DNA from: Thermoanaerobaculia bacterium
GTDB lineage: Bacteria > Acidobacteriota > Thermoanaerobaculia > Gp7-AA8
Assembly: GCA_035544675.1 (NCBI GenBank)
Contig: DATKCA010000025.1
Coordinates: 35,776 to 99,775 of the forward strand
Length of the DNA stretch: 64,000 bases
Direction: 5' to 3'
In this document: piece by piece, positions 29,657 to 39,845 of the stretch
Numbering within the stretch: the first letter of the stretch is position 1
Layout: each line of letters opens with the position of its first letter
Translations under genes and position numbers: made by a program
Notes under the pieces: generated by a model
The model's input: only the letters and a program-made list of their open reading frames with translations
Database searches by the model: none
Told to the model about the DNA's origin: nothing

Positions 29657-31089
29657 CCATGAAGACACTGCACAACTTCGTCGACGGCGAGCTCGTGCCG
29701 CCGGTCTCCGGCGCGTATATCGACGACGTCGGTCCGGCCACCGGCGACGTGATCGCGCACGTTCCCGACAGCGATGCTGCAGATGTCGATCGAGCTGTGG
29801 AGGCGGCACGGCGGGCATTCCCGGCCTGGTCCGGCACGCCGGCCGCGGAGCGCTCGCGGCTGCTCCTGAAGCTCGCTGATCTGGTCGAGCGCGACTTCGA
29901 CGAGCTGGCGCGCTGCGAGAGTCTGGACAACGGCAAGACCGTGGCGCTGGCGCGACGCATGGACATCCCGCGCGCCATCGCGAACTTCCGCTTTTTCGCC
30001 ACGGCCATCCTGCACGAGGCGTCCGCGGCCCATCACACCGACGGCGTCGCCCTCAACTACACGCTGCGGCGCCCTCTCGGTGTGGCAGGGCTCATCTCGC
30101 CCTGGAATCTCCCGTTGTATCTGCTGTCGTGGAAAATCGCGCCTGCCATTGCGGCAGGCAACTCGTGTGTGGCCAAGCCTTCGGAGCTGACGCCTCTCAC
30201 CGCGGACAGGCTCGCGGCGCTGTCGGTCGAGGCTGGGATTCCCCGCGGCGTCATCAACATCGTTCATGGCTACGGGGCGAAAGCCGGCGCCGCGATCACC
30301 GCGCATCGTGACGTGCCGATGATCTCGTTCACCGGCGGCACGGAGACGGGAGCGAAAGTGGCGATGTCCGCGGCCCCGCACTTCAAGAAAGTCTCGCTCG
30401 AGCTGGGCGGCAAGAATCCGAACATCGTCTTTGCGGACGCGGACCTGGAGCAGGCCGTGACCACGTCGATCCAGTCGAGCTTCGCGAACCAGGGGGAGAT
30501 CTGTCTCTGCGGATCGCGGATCTTCGTGGAGCGCGCCGCGTACGACACGTTCCTGGAGCGTTTTGTCGCCGCGGCGAAGAGGCTTCGCATCGGTGACCCG
30601 GCCGACGAGACGACTGACGTCGGTGCGCTCATCAGCGAGTCGCACCTCGAGAAGGTGATGCGTTACGTCGAGCTGGCCAGAAGCGAGGGCGGCCGGATCG
30701 TCACAGGCGGCCGCCGCGTGCCGCGGCCCGGCTTCTTCCTCGAGCCCGCGGTGATCACCGGTCTGGACTGCACCTGCCGCGTGCTGCAGGAGGAGATCTT
30801 CGGTCCGGTGGTCACGATCACTCCGTTCGACTCGGAAGAACAGGCGGTGGCCTTCGCAAACTCGACGAGGTACGGACTCTCGGCGTCGCTCTGGACGCGC
30901 GATCTCCAGCGGGCGCACCGCGTGGCCGCCGCCATCGAGAGCGGTACTGTGTGGGTGAACTGCTGGCTCCTGCGAGACCTGCGGGTGCCGTTCGGAGGGA
31001 TGAAGGAGAGCGGCGTGGGCCGCGAGGGCGGCTTCGAAAGCCTGAATTTCTTCACCGAGGCGAAGAACGTCTGCGTGAAGCTCGCTTGA
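29653..31089 (+). CDS. NAD(P)-dependent aldehyde dehydrogenase (2-amino/2-hydroxymuconic semialdehyde dehydrogenase-like)
   Basis: ALDH catalytic region (CLCGSRIFVE with catalytic Cys) and GxGxxG NAD(P)-binding. ATGA overlap with the preceding gene. Confidence 0.88.
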   Translation: MTMKTLHNFVDGELVPPVSGAYIDDVGPATGDVIAHVPDSDAADVDRAVEAARRAFPAWSGTPAAERSRLLLKLADLVERDFDELARCESLDNGKTVALARRMDIPRAIANFRFFATAILHEASAAHHTDGVALNYTLRRPLGVAGLISPWNLPLYLLSWKIAPAIAAGNSCVAKPSELTPLTADRLAALSVEAGIPRGVINIVHGYGAKAGAAITAHRDVPMISFTGGTETGAKVAMSAAPHFKKVSLELGGKNPNIVFADADLEQAVTTSIQSSFANQGEICLCGSRIFVERAAYDTFLERFVAAAKRLRIGDPADETTDVGALISESHLEKVMRYVELARSEGGRIVTGGRRVPRPGFFLEPAVITGLDCTCRVLQEEIFGPVVTITPFDSEEQAVAFANSTRYGLSASLWTRDLQRAHRVAAAIESGTVWVNCWLLRDLRVPFGGMKESGVGREGGFESLNFFTEAKNVCVKLA

Positions 31090-32046
<957 letters not shown>

Positions 32047-32052
32047 TCAACC

Positions 32053-33414
32053 ATGATCCAGAAAGCGTACATAGTCCCCGGCCAGCCCCACATCCTCCTC
32101 GGCGCAGACCGGAATGCCGGGTGGGGAGCGCTGCGGCGTGCCTACGAGGCCGTCGGGCGCGAGATCGAGAAGAGCGACGCGGAGCTGCTCCTCGTCTATT
32201 CGACCCAGTGGTTCTCGGTCATCGGGCACCTCATGCAGGTCGATCCGCGTCCGCAATGGGTGCTCGTCGATCAGAACTGGTATGAGCTGGGAGAGATCCC
32301 GTACGAGTTCCGCATCGACCCGGAGTTCGGAAAGCTGTACTGCAGGATCACCCGGGAGAACGGCATGCAGGCATCGACGGTGAGCTATCGCGGCTTTCCG
32401 ATCGACACCGGGACGGTCGTCGCGCTCAAGCTGCTGAACCCGAACAACCGCATCCCGGCATCGATCGTCTCCTGCAACATCTACGCGGAGCGCGAAGAGA
32501 CCCGCGCCCTCGGCTTCGCGGCGCGCGCGGCCATCGAGCAGTCCGGCAGGAAGACGATCGTGGTCTGCGTGACGAATCTGTCGAACCGCTACGAGGTCGC
32601 GGAGATCGACGTGGCCCGCGACCGCATCTCGTCGGCCAAGGACGACGAGTGGAACCGCAAGATCCTGGAGATGCTCGGTGAAGGGCGGCTGGAGGATGTG
32701 GCCCAGGTCGCGCGCGAGTTCGGGCGCGAGGCCAACGCGGACATGGGCTTCAAGGCGATCTGGTGGCTCGGCGCGGTGATGGGAGAGCACAACCGGTACG
32801 ACGGGAAGGTCTGGGAGTATCAGCCGGTGTGGGGAACGGGCAGCGCGATCGTCGGGCTGACCCCGTCGGCCAAGGAGCTGGACTTCGAAAAGGAGTTCGA
32901 CGAAGCGGCCGCGCCGGCTTTTGCCGCAACCGGAAGCGGAACCGGACTGGAGTCGCACAACGTGCTCGCCGAAGCCCCGCAGCGCGACGAAGGAAGCACC
33001 GCCCCGGTGGTCATCAGAAGCGAGCGCGCCCCGAAGCCGGTCGGCCCATATCCGCACGCGCGGCGTGCCGGAGGCATGCTCTTCCTGTCAGGCATCGGGC
33101 CGCGGAAGCCGGTCACCGGGGAGATTCCGGGTCTGGTGCGCGACGCGGCCGGCAACGTCACCGGCCACGACATCGAAGTGCAGACGCGCGCATGCATCGA
33201 GAACATCCGCGCCATCCTCGAGGACGCGGGAAGCTCGCTGGAGAAGGTGCTCGACGTGACCGTGTACCTCACGGACATGGACGGCGATTTTCAGCGCTTC
33301 AACGCGATCTATGCCGAGTATTTCGGCGCCGTGCAGCCGACGCGGACGACAGTGGGCGTGGACTCGCTGCCCACACCGATCGCCGTGGAGTTGAAGGTGA
33401 TCGCCACGGGGTGA
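32053..33414 (+). CDS. fusion: LigB-like dioxygenase alpha-type subunit + RidA/YjgF-family deaminase domain
   Basis: N-terminal ~290 aa are LigB-like without the full His set (alpha-like). C-terminal ~130 aa (PVGPYPHARRAGGMLFLSGIG...VDSLPTPIAVELKVIA) are RidA/YjgF/TdcF-like. Confidence 0.7.
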   Translation: MIQKAYIVPGQPHILLGADRNAGWGALRRAYEAVGREIEKSDAELLLVYSTQWFSVIGHLMQVDPRPQWVLVDQNWYELGEIPYEFRIDPEFGKLYCRITRENGMQASTVSYRGFPIDTGTVVALKLLNPNNRIPASIVSCNIYAEREETRALGFAARAAIEQSGRKTIVVCVTNLSNRYEVAEIDVARDRISSAKDDEWNRKILEMLGEGRLEDVAQVAREFGREANADMGFKAIWWLGAVMGEHNRYDGKVWEYQPVWGTGSAIVGLTPSAKELDFEKEFDEAAAPAFAATGSGTGLESHNVLAEAPQRDEGSTAPVVIRSERAPKPVGPYPHARRAGGMLFLSGIGPRKPVTGEIPGLVRDAAGNVTGHDIEVQTRACIENIRAILEDAGSSLEKVLDVTVYLTDMDGDFQRFNAIYAEYFGAVQPTRTTVGVDSLPTPIAVELKVIATG

Positions 33415-33425
33415 CCCACTAGGGA

Positions 33426-33510
33426 GCCTCTGCGTGAGCTTTGTGATCTCTGTGACTCTGTGGTTGACGTCAAACCACAGAGTCACAGAGGACGCAGAGC
33501 TTACGCAGAG
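33426..33510. repeat. nested perfect palindrome (16-bp stem, 11-nt self-complementary loop, inside an outer 14-bp inverted repeat)
   Basis: The inner stem ctctgtgactctgtgg pairs with ccacagagtcacagag around the loop ttgacgtcaaa. The outer arm cctctgcgtgagctt pairs with gagcttacgcagagg. Confidence 0.7.
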
Positions 33511-33512
33511 GT

Positions 33513-33580
33513 TCCTTAGTCCTTAGTCCTTAGAGGCCTTAGGCCTTACTTAGTCCTTAGTCCTTAGTCCTTAGTCCTCT
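33513..33580. repeat. TTAGTCC/TTAGGCC heptamer array abutting the GGDEF-EAL gene stop
   Basis: ccttagtccttagtccttagaggccttaggccttacttagtccttagtccttagtccttagtcct. Confidence 0.7.
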
Positions 33581-35615
33581 AGGCGTTGGCGGCTTTGCGC
33601 TCGATGAGGAACGACTCGAGGGCATTGGCAGGCAGCGGCGGGCTGAATAGATATCCCTGAATCACATCGCAGTGCTGCCGGCGCAAAAAGTCGAGCTGCT
33701 CTTCCGTCTCCACGCCCTCGGCCACGACCTTGAGATTCAGGCTGTGAGCCATGGAGATGACGGCGCTGACGATGGCCGCGTCGGTGGGATCGGTCGTCAC
33801 GTCGCGCACGAAGATCTGGTCGAGCTTGAGCGTGTCGATCGGAAAACGCTTCAGGTAATTGAGAGACGAGTAACCCGTCCCGAAGTCGTCCATGGAGATC
33901 CGGATCCCGAGGGCCTTGAGCTCGCGAAGCGTGTACATGGTGTTCTCGGCGTTCTGCATCGCGTTGCTCTCGGTGATCTCGACCTCCAGCGAAGAGGGAT
34001 CGATACCTGTCTCCATCACGACATTGCGGATCTGGCTGACGAGGTCCGGCTGCTGGAACTGGCGGGCCGAGAGGTTGACCGCGACCGTCAGTTCCTTGTC
34101 GATCTTCTTCTGCCAGATCTTGATCTGCCGGCAGGCCGTGTAGATCACCCACTCGCCGATGGGCACGATCAGTCCGGAGACCTCGGCCACCGAGATGAAC
34201 CGCGCCGGAGAGAGCAGCCCTTCTTCCGGATGCTGCCAGCGGATGAGGGCCTCCACGCCGATGGTGGCGTTGGTGCGCGAGTCGATCTGCGGCTGGTAGT
34301 AGAGGACGAGCTCGTTCTGGCTGAGCGCCTTGCGCAGCGAGTTCTCTTTGGCCAGGCGTTCCACGGCCCGCGCGTTCATGGCCGGAGCGTAAAGCTGGTA
34401 GTTGTCGCGACCCTGGTCCTTGGCCCGGTACATGGCCGTGTCGGCGTTTCTTACGAGCGTCTCCGGATCGAGTCCGTCGCCGGGAAAGAGGCTGACGCCG
34501 ATGCTCGTGGTGACGAAGAGCTCCTGATCGTGAATGACGAAGGGGATCTTCAGGGTCTCGATGATCTTGTGAGCGATCTTCGCGGCGTCCTCGATGTTCT
34601 CGATCCTGGGGATGAGAAGCGTGAACTCGTCGCCGCCGAAACGCGCGACGGTGTCACCCTCGCGCACGCAGCGGCGGATCCGCTCCGCGACCGATTTCAG
34701 CAGCGCGTCGCCCATGGAGTGCCCCAGGGAGTCGTTGATGTCCTTGAAGCGGTCCAGATCGAGGAAGAAGACGGCGAGCTTCTGGTTGCCGCGATTGGCC
34801 TGGGCGAGCGAGATGATCAGGCGGTCCATGAAGAGCGGCCGGTTGGGAAGACCGGTCAGGGCGTCGTGGTAGGCGAGATGCTCGATCTCGACCGCTGCCA
34901 GCTCCGCCGCCTCGCGCTCATCTTCGAGCAGGCAGGCGATCATGCCGACGCCGACGAGGGTCTGAATCAGGAGATCGATGAATCCGGAATGGGCGGCCAG
35001 TAGCTCCATGCCCCGGCCCGACAGCCAGAAGCTGCCGATGAATGCGTGCTCGAGCTGCTGCAGCGCCGTCGCGGCAAACGCGATGCTGAGGATGATGGAG
35101 CCGACGCCCGAATGCCTGCGGCGCACGCGCCACAGCACTACGGCCGCCGTGGCGAACCCCGCCGCGCCGATGATCGCGAAGGTCCCGTTGCGCGCGAAAT
35201 GCCGGGCCAGCGGCGACGAATCCGCCGTCACGAACAGCAGCGCCGTGAGCGATCCGAACACAGCAAGACCGATGAGAATCCGGCGCGACTCGACGATCCT
35301 CACCGGACGCCGGCGCGTGAACTCGTAGACGCCGAACAGGACCCAGCCGACGTAGAGGTAGCTGCCCGCCATCGCAATCGCTGCCGGGATCAGTCGCGCC
35401 GGGTGAGCCGCGGCCAGACCGGCCCCGATGGCATTCGTTCCGGAGATCGCCACCGCCAGGTGAACCATCGTGAGCGCCGCCCAGGACAGCGTCCAGTGAA
35501 GCAGGTAGGTCTTCCGGTAGGAGAGGTAGAAGCTGAGGAGCAGGCAGGCCATGACCGCCGCGCCGATCATCTGCGCGGTAAAGCTCAAGCCTGCGGCAAG
35601 CTTCAACTCAGGCAT
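33579..35615 (-). CDS. membrane-anchored GGDEF-EAL protein (diguanylate cyclase/phosphodiesterase)
   Basis: N-terminal multi-TM sensor region, then GGDEF (RFGGDEF) and EAL (EVEITES...DDFGTGYSSL) domains. Confidence 0.9.
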   Translation of the reverse strand: MPELKLAAGLSFTAQMIGAAVMACLLLSFYLSYRKTYLLHWTLSWAALTMVHLAVAISGTNAIGAGLAAAHPARLIPAAIAMAGSYLYVGWVLFGVYEFTRRRPVRIVESRRILIGLAVFGSLTALLFVTADSSPLARHFARNGTFAIIGAAGFATAAVVLWRVRRRHSGVGSIILSIAFAATALQQLEHAFIGSFWLSGRGMELLAAHSGFIDLLIQTLVGVGMIACLLEDEREAAELAAVEIEHLAYHDALTGLPNRPLFMDRLIISLAQANRGNQKLAVFFLDLDRFKDINDSLGHSMGDALLKSVAERIRRCVREGDTVARFGGDEFTLLIPRIENIEDAAKIAHKIIETLKIPFVIHDQELFVTTSIGVSLFPGDGLDPETLVRNADTAMYRAKDQGRDNYQLYAPAMNARAVERLAKENSLRKALSQNELVLYYQPQIDSRTNATIGVEALIRWQHPEEGLLSPARFISVAEVSGLIVPIGEWVIYTACRQIKIWQKKIDKELTVAVNLSARQFQQPDLVSQIRNVVMETGIDPSSLEVEITESNAMQNAENTMYTLRELKALGIRISMDDFGTGYSSLNYLKRFPIDTLKLDQIFVRDVTTDPTDAAIVSAVISMAHSLNLKVVAEGVETEEQLDFLRRQHCDVIQGYLFSPPLPANALESFLIERKAANA

Positions 35616-35672
35616 TCCTGGCGACCCTCGGCGATTGTGCTCTGGATAACCTTTGTTTGCAAAGCGGGCTCA

Positions 35673-36746
35673 TCACACTGAGTCCTGGTACGCGGCGATG
35701 AGTCTCCGGGCGGAAGGGGCGTAGTGAAAATGTCTTGCGCGCTCAATGATTTGGGCGCGCAACGGAGTCCCGTCCCGAAGAACGGAAGCCACGATCTGAG
35801 CCAGGTCCTGCGGCTCCATCGTGCGGGCCATGAGCCGCGGCGTGAGGGCCGGGCCAAGAACCGCCTCCACCCCTTCGACGGGGAAGGTCGCGGCGGCAAT
35901 GCCGCACCCCAGCGCCTCGATGACGGCACGGTGTCCTTCATCCGATCCGGGCGCGGTGAAGAGGAGCGCGTTGGCGGCTCGGTAGTACTCGGCGAGGTCC
36001 TCCTCGTGATAGCCGGCCCAGATGACGTCGCCACCGACACCGAGCTCGTACGCGAGCGACTCGAGAGCGGCCTTGTGCTGACGGGCGTGCCCGATGATCA
36101 TCAGCTTCGCGCCCGGAGTGGACGTTCGTGCGTGCGCGAACGTCCGCAGCGCCGACTCGAACCCGCGGCCGGGCACGATCTTGCCGATCACCGCCACGAC
36201 CGGCACTCCTTCGTCCAGGCCGAGAGTGCGGCGGGCGTTGGGACCGTCCGGGGAGAATAGACGCTCGTCGAGCGGCGGCGGCGTGTAGTGCGCGAAGCGC
36301 CCGCCCAGGCCGGGCGAAGTTCGGAACGTGTCGTTGACGACCAGAATGCGCTCCGTGCGGCGGAGAAGCGTTCGCGTGTACGCGTCGGTTCGCAGCGTCC
36401 GGCGGGAGTGAAACGTGCGGGCGATCTTCACCTTGCGCCCGCGCGCCGCGAATCGCGCCAGCGAGTGATCGTAGGTGAGATGCGCGTGAATGAAATCGAT
36501 GTGCTCGCGGTCGATGATGCGACGGACCGCCGCGACCGTTTTCACGAAAGCCACCGGGTTCTGGGCCTTTTCGATGATCGGATGCGCGAAGCCGGCGCCG
36601 GCCAGTTTGGTCTGGAGACGGTAGCCGCCGACATACGCGTAGTGTGCCTCGACTCCCGCCGCGCGCAGCGCTTCGACCTCGGCGAATGCCGGCGCCGCGG
36701 CGCCGGTCCAGCGGTTGCCGGCCGCCAGGTGAAGGATTTTCATCAT
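35673..36746 (-). CDS. glycosyltransferase family 4
   Basis: GT-B fold, MMKILHLAAG... and C-terminal donor-binding motif. Confidence 0.78.
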   Translation of the reverse strand: MMKILHLAAGNRWTGAAAPAFAEVEALRAAGVEAHYAYVGGYRLQTKLAGAGFAHPIIEKAQNPVAFVKTVAAVRRIIDREHIDFIHAHLTYDHSLARFAARGRKVKIARTFHSRRTLRTDAYTRTLLRRTERILVVNDTFRTSPGLGGRFAHYTPPPLDERLFSPDGPNARRTLGLDEGVPVVAVIGKIVPGRGFESALRTFAHARTSTPGAKLMIIGHARQHKAALESLAYELGVGGDVIWAGYHEEDLAEYYRAANALLFTAPGSDEGHRAVIEALGCGIAAATFPVEGVEAVLGPALTPRLMARTMEPQDLAQIVASVLRDGTPLRAQIIERARHFHYAPSARRLIAAYQDSV

Positions 36747-36765
36747 GGGTTATAGTGGCGCCTCC

Positions 36766-37005
36766 ATGGCGGTCGACCAGGAACTGCTGGAGATTCTAGC
36801 CTGCCCCATCTGCAAGGAAGAGGTGAAGCTCGTTCCTCTTTCCGCAGTGCGCAGCGATGCCGTGCGCGACAAATACCGCGAGAAGTTCCGCGGCGAAGCG
36901 CCCGTCGTCGAGCAGGGCCTGCAGTGCGTCAAGTGCCGCCGGATCTACCCGGTCGTCAGCGACATCCCGGTGATGCTCGTCGACGAAGCGTTTGATGAGG
37001 GGTAG
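36766..37005 (+). CDS. Trm112-family small protein
   Basis: LLEILACPICKEEV...LQCVKCRRIYPVVSDIPVML zinc-ribbon-like Trm112 fold. Start at MAVDQELL rather than the ORF-track ATG, which overlaps the divergent GT4 start. Confidence 0.68.
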   Translation: MAVDQELLEILACPICKEEVKLVPLSAVRSDAVRDKYREKFRGEAPVVEQGLQCVKCRRIYPVVSDIPVMLVDEAFDEG

Positions 37006-37026
37006 CTCGGCGGTTCACCGTGAACT

Positions 37027-38229
37027 GTGATCTCCCTTAGATTCCTCGGCGGCCTTTCCCCGGCGCTCCGCGTGGCCGTCGTCTTTTATCTCCTCCACAT
37101 CCTTCTGCAGGGCAAGATCGCGCTTTTGCAGATCACGGCGTTCGTCACGATCCTCTTTCTGGGCTGGTCCATCGCGCGTGGCGAGATGCGCGCATCGTTC
37201 CACATCCTCTTCTTCCCGCTCGCGCTCTACGGTCTCGCCTCCAGTCTCTCCGCGCTGGCCAACGGCGTCTCGATCCATCGGTTCGCCGACGCCGGCATCT
37301 GGTTCAAGATGCTCATCTTCCCCGCCGCGCTGCTGATCTTCCGCCAGGTCCCCCAGACCAGAGAGCTCGCCCTGCGCGCGCAGATCGTGTTCGCGACATC
37401 CATCGCCCTCGTCGGTCTGTACCAGTACTTCGCTCTCGATCGGCGCGACCTCGAACATCGGATCACCGGCACCTCCACGCACGTGATGACGTACTCGGGG
37501 CTGCTGCTGCCTGCGTCACTCCTTCTCCTGGTGCTGGCCATTCACCGCCAGCGCTGGTGGCTGTGGGCGGCGGCAGGGATCACCTCGTTTGCGCTTCTCC
37601 TCACGTTCACACGGAGCGTATGGGTGGCCTGGGCGGTGGCCGCGCTCGCCCTGTTCGCGCTCACACGGCCGCGGTGGCTGATGTTCGCCGTTCCTCTGCT
37701 GCTGATCTTCGTGACGCTGATGCCGCTCGACCTCTTCGGCCGGCTGATCTCGTCCTTCGATCTGGAGGTGACGTCGAACTTCGACCGCGTGCGCATGGTC
37801 GAGGCCGGCGCGGAGATCATCAAGGACTACCCGACCACCGGCGTCGGCCCGGCCAACGTGAAGGAGATCTACCCCCTCTACCGCAAGCCGGATGCCCCCC
37901 GCTTCCGCCCGCCCCACCTCCACAACAACGTGGTCCAGATCTGGGCCGAGCGCGGAATCCTCGGCCTCTCGGCGTATCTGCTGCTCCTGGGGCTGTTCCT
38001 GCGGGAATGCGCGCGGGGGTGGCGCGGGGGCGGGCGGATGTGGGCGGAGGGAGGGGTGGTGGTGGCGGTGGGGCTGACCTGCGCGGGCCTCTTCGAGTTC
38101 AACTTCGGGGATGCCGAGGTCTTCTACCTGATGCTCGAGTATTTCGCCCTGATCGTGGCCTCCCTGGAGGCCACGCCCGAGCCCGCCCCGAATGAACCCG
38201 CCCCCTCCCTTGTTCCAGCAGGTTCGTAA
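37027..38229 (+). CDS. O-antigen ligase/polymerase-like (Wzy_C) membrane protein
   Basis: About 11 TM with the FTRSVWVAW Wzy_C loop motif. Confidence 0.68.
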   Translation: MISLRFLGGLSPALRVAVVFYLLHILLQGKIALLQITAFVTILFLGWSIARGEMRASFHILFFPLALYGLASSLSALANGVSIHRFADAGIWFKMLIFPAALLIFRQVPQTRELALRAQIVFATSIALVGLYQYFALDRRDLEHRITGTSTHVMTYSGLLLPASLLLLVLAIHRQRWWLWAAAGITSFALLLTFTRSVWVAWAVAALALFALTRPRWLMFAVPLLLIFVTLMPLDLFGRLISSFDLEVTSNFDRVRMVEAGAEIIKDYPTTGVGPANVKEIYPLYRKPDAPRFRPPHLHNNVVQIWAERGILGLSAYLLLLGLFLRECARGWRGGGRMWAEGGVVVAVGLTCAGLFEFNFGDAEVFYLMLEYFALIVASLEATPEPAPNEPAPSLVPAGS

Positions 38230-38274
38230 CCTTTGAGACATGGTCCCGTCGAACAACATAGAGACGCTGGGGAA

Positions 38275-38853
38275 ATGAAACACCTGAGCGATCAGGAGCT
38301 GATGCGTATCGTTCAGGGTGGTGACTACTCCCCTGCATCCGAGATTTACGACCGGTACAGTGCGCGGATCTATAACTTCGCGTTTCGATTCTTGAAGAAC
38401 GCCGAAGCGGCCGAGGACGCCACTCAGGAAGTGTTCGTCAAGATGATGAAGCACGCCAATCAGTTTCAAGGCGACGCCAAGCTGTCGACGTGGCTGTTCT
38501 CGATCACCGCGAACTGGTGCCGGGACTACCTGCGGAAGTCCGACAACAAGGCCAAGGAAGCGGAGGACGTCCTGATTCAGCTCCCTACCCCCCCCGAGCT
38601 GTCGCCGGAACGGAATCTGGAGAGACGTGAAGACGAGTTACGCGTGCAGCGCGCGTTGTCGGCGCTGACGCCTGAGCAGAGAGAAGCGATTCTTCTGTCC
38701 CGCTACCAGGGGTTGTCGTATGCCGAGATCGCCCAGATCGCCGGCTGCTCCGAGGGTGCGGTCAAGACGCGGGTGTTTCGCGCGATGGAGACGCTGAAGA
38801 AGACTCTGACCGGCGAGTCGCGTGGAGGTGACAGATGTCTGAATGCAGTGTGA
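38275..38853 (+). CDS. ECF-type RNA polymerase sigma factor
   Basis: sigma-2 (FVKMMKH...WLFSITANWCRDYLR) and sigma-4 (LSYAEIAQIAGCSEGAVKTRVFRA) regions. Start at MKHLSDQ. Confidence 0.85.
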   Translation: MKHLSDQELMRIVQGGDYSPASEIYDRYSARIYNFAFRFLKNAEAAEDATQEVFVKMMKHANQFQGDAKLSTWLFSITANWCRDYLRKSDNKAKEAEDVLIQLPTPPELSPERNLERREDELRVQRALSALTPEQREAILLSRYQGLSYAEIAQIAGCSEGAVKTRVFRAMETLKKTLTGESRGGDRCLNAV

Positions 38854-39845
38854 TGAGACAGAGCATGCCGTTCCTGCTGACCGAGTCGCTCGACCGCGAC
38901 CAGCGGGAGCAGACACACCAGCACATCGAGAGCTGCGCAGTCTGCGGCAGCGAATGGGCTGCGTACAGGGACACCTGGGGCGTCCTGGGCGAGCTGCCCA
39001 AGGTGGAAGTGCCGGCCCGCGTCCGTGACCGGTTTCTCGTTGCGATCGGCGCGCCCGCTGCCGCCGCTCCGGTGGGAGGGGCGCAGGTCGTTGCCTTCCA
39101 CCGCCGCAGCGCGGCCAGGTGGCTCGCCCAGGCCGCCGCGGTCGTCGTCATCGCTGGCGGTGCCTACTTCGCCGGACACCGCACGGTGCCGGTCACGCTC
39201 GCTCCGACAGGACCGGTCATCAGCTCGATAACCCCTTTCTCCATCGCCGAGACGCGGGTCCTTTCCGCCAGCGCGATCAACCCGAACATCGAAGGGCGGC
39301 CGAACATCCAGAACGTGCAGTTCGTCGACGCCGATCCAAACGACAACACCGTCGGTCTCTCGTTCGACGTCACGTCCAGGATGACTGTGACGGGGAGTCC
39401 GACCGACAAGAGTCTCGTGCGCCTCCTCTCGTATGTTCTCGAGAACGAGGACGGCGCGGCGCCCTCGCGCTCACGCACGATCGACTGGGTCAAGCAGACC
39501 TACTCCGAGCCGGGGTATGTCGATCCGGAGATCGCCAACGCGCTGGCCAAGGTGCTGCGCAACGACGAGCACGAGGGCGTGCGCATTCGCGCCGTCGATA
39601 CGCTGACGACGCTGTCGGGGCCGGGCTCGGTGTCTACGCGCGACGCCCTGATCGAGGCGCTGAAGAACGATCCCAATCCGGCCGTCCGCATCAAGGCCGT
39701 GGAGGCGCTGGCCAACATGGCCCGCAGCGGCAGTGCGTTCGACTCTGCAACCGTGGCCACGCTGCGCCAGAAGGCAGCGCAGGATGACGAGAACCTGTAC
39801 GTCCGCGTGAAGGCGGCCGAGGTATTGAGCAGCATCCGTCCGTGA
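38835..39845 (+). CDS. anti-sigma factor (zinc-finger anti-sigma domain) with C-terminal HEAT repeats
   Basis: HIESCAVCGSEWAAY zinc-binding anti-sigma motif, a TM, then three HEAT-like repeats (VRIRAVDTL, VRIKAVEALANM, VRVKAAEVLSS). Overlaps the sigma gene. Confidence 0.65.
   Translation: MSECSVMRQSMPFLLTESLDRDQREQTHQHIESCAVCGSEWAAYRDTWGVLGELPKVEVPARVRDRFLVAIGAPAAAAPVGGAQVVAFHRRSAARWLAQAAAVVVIAGGAYFAGHRTVPVTLAPTGPVISSITPFSIAETRVLSASAINPNIEGRPNIQNVQFVDADPNDNTVGLSFDVTSRMTVTGSPTDKSLVRLLSYVLENEDGAAPSRSRTIDWVKQTYSEPGYVDPEIANALAKVLRNDEHEGVRIRAVDTLTTLSGPGSVSTRDALIEALKNDPNPAVRIKAVEALANMARSGSAFDSATVATLRQKAAQDDENLYVRVKAAEVLSSIRP

Noticed and set aside
28639-31089. 816-aa ORF upstream extension of the aldehyde dehydrogenase
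   Set aside because: The N-terminal 330 codons are an alternative frame of the asparaginase-II-family gene (Arg/Gly-rich). ALDH homology begins at MTMKTLHN (about 29653).
36745-36765. ORF-track start of the Trm112-like gene overlapping the divergent GT4 start codon by 2 nt
   Set aside because: Trm112 homologues begin at the downstream MAVDQELLEIL. The overlap is an ORF-calling artefact.
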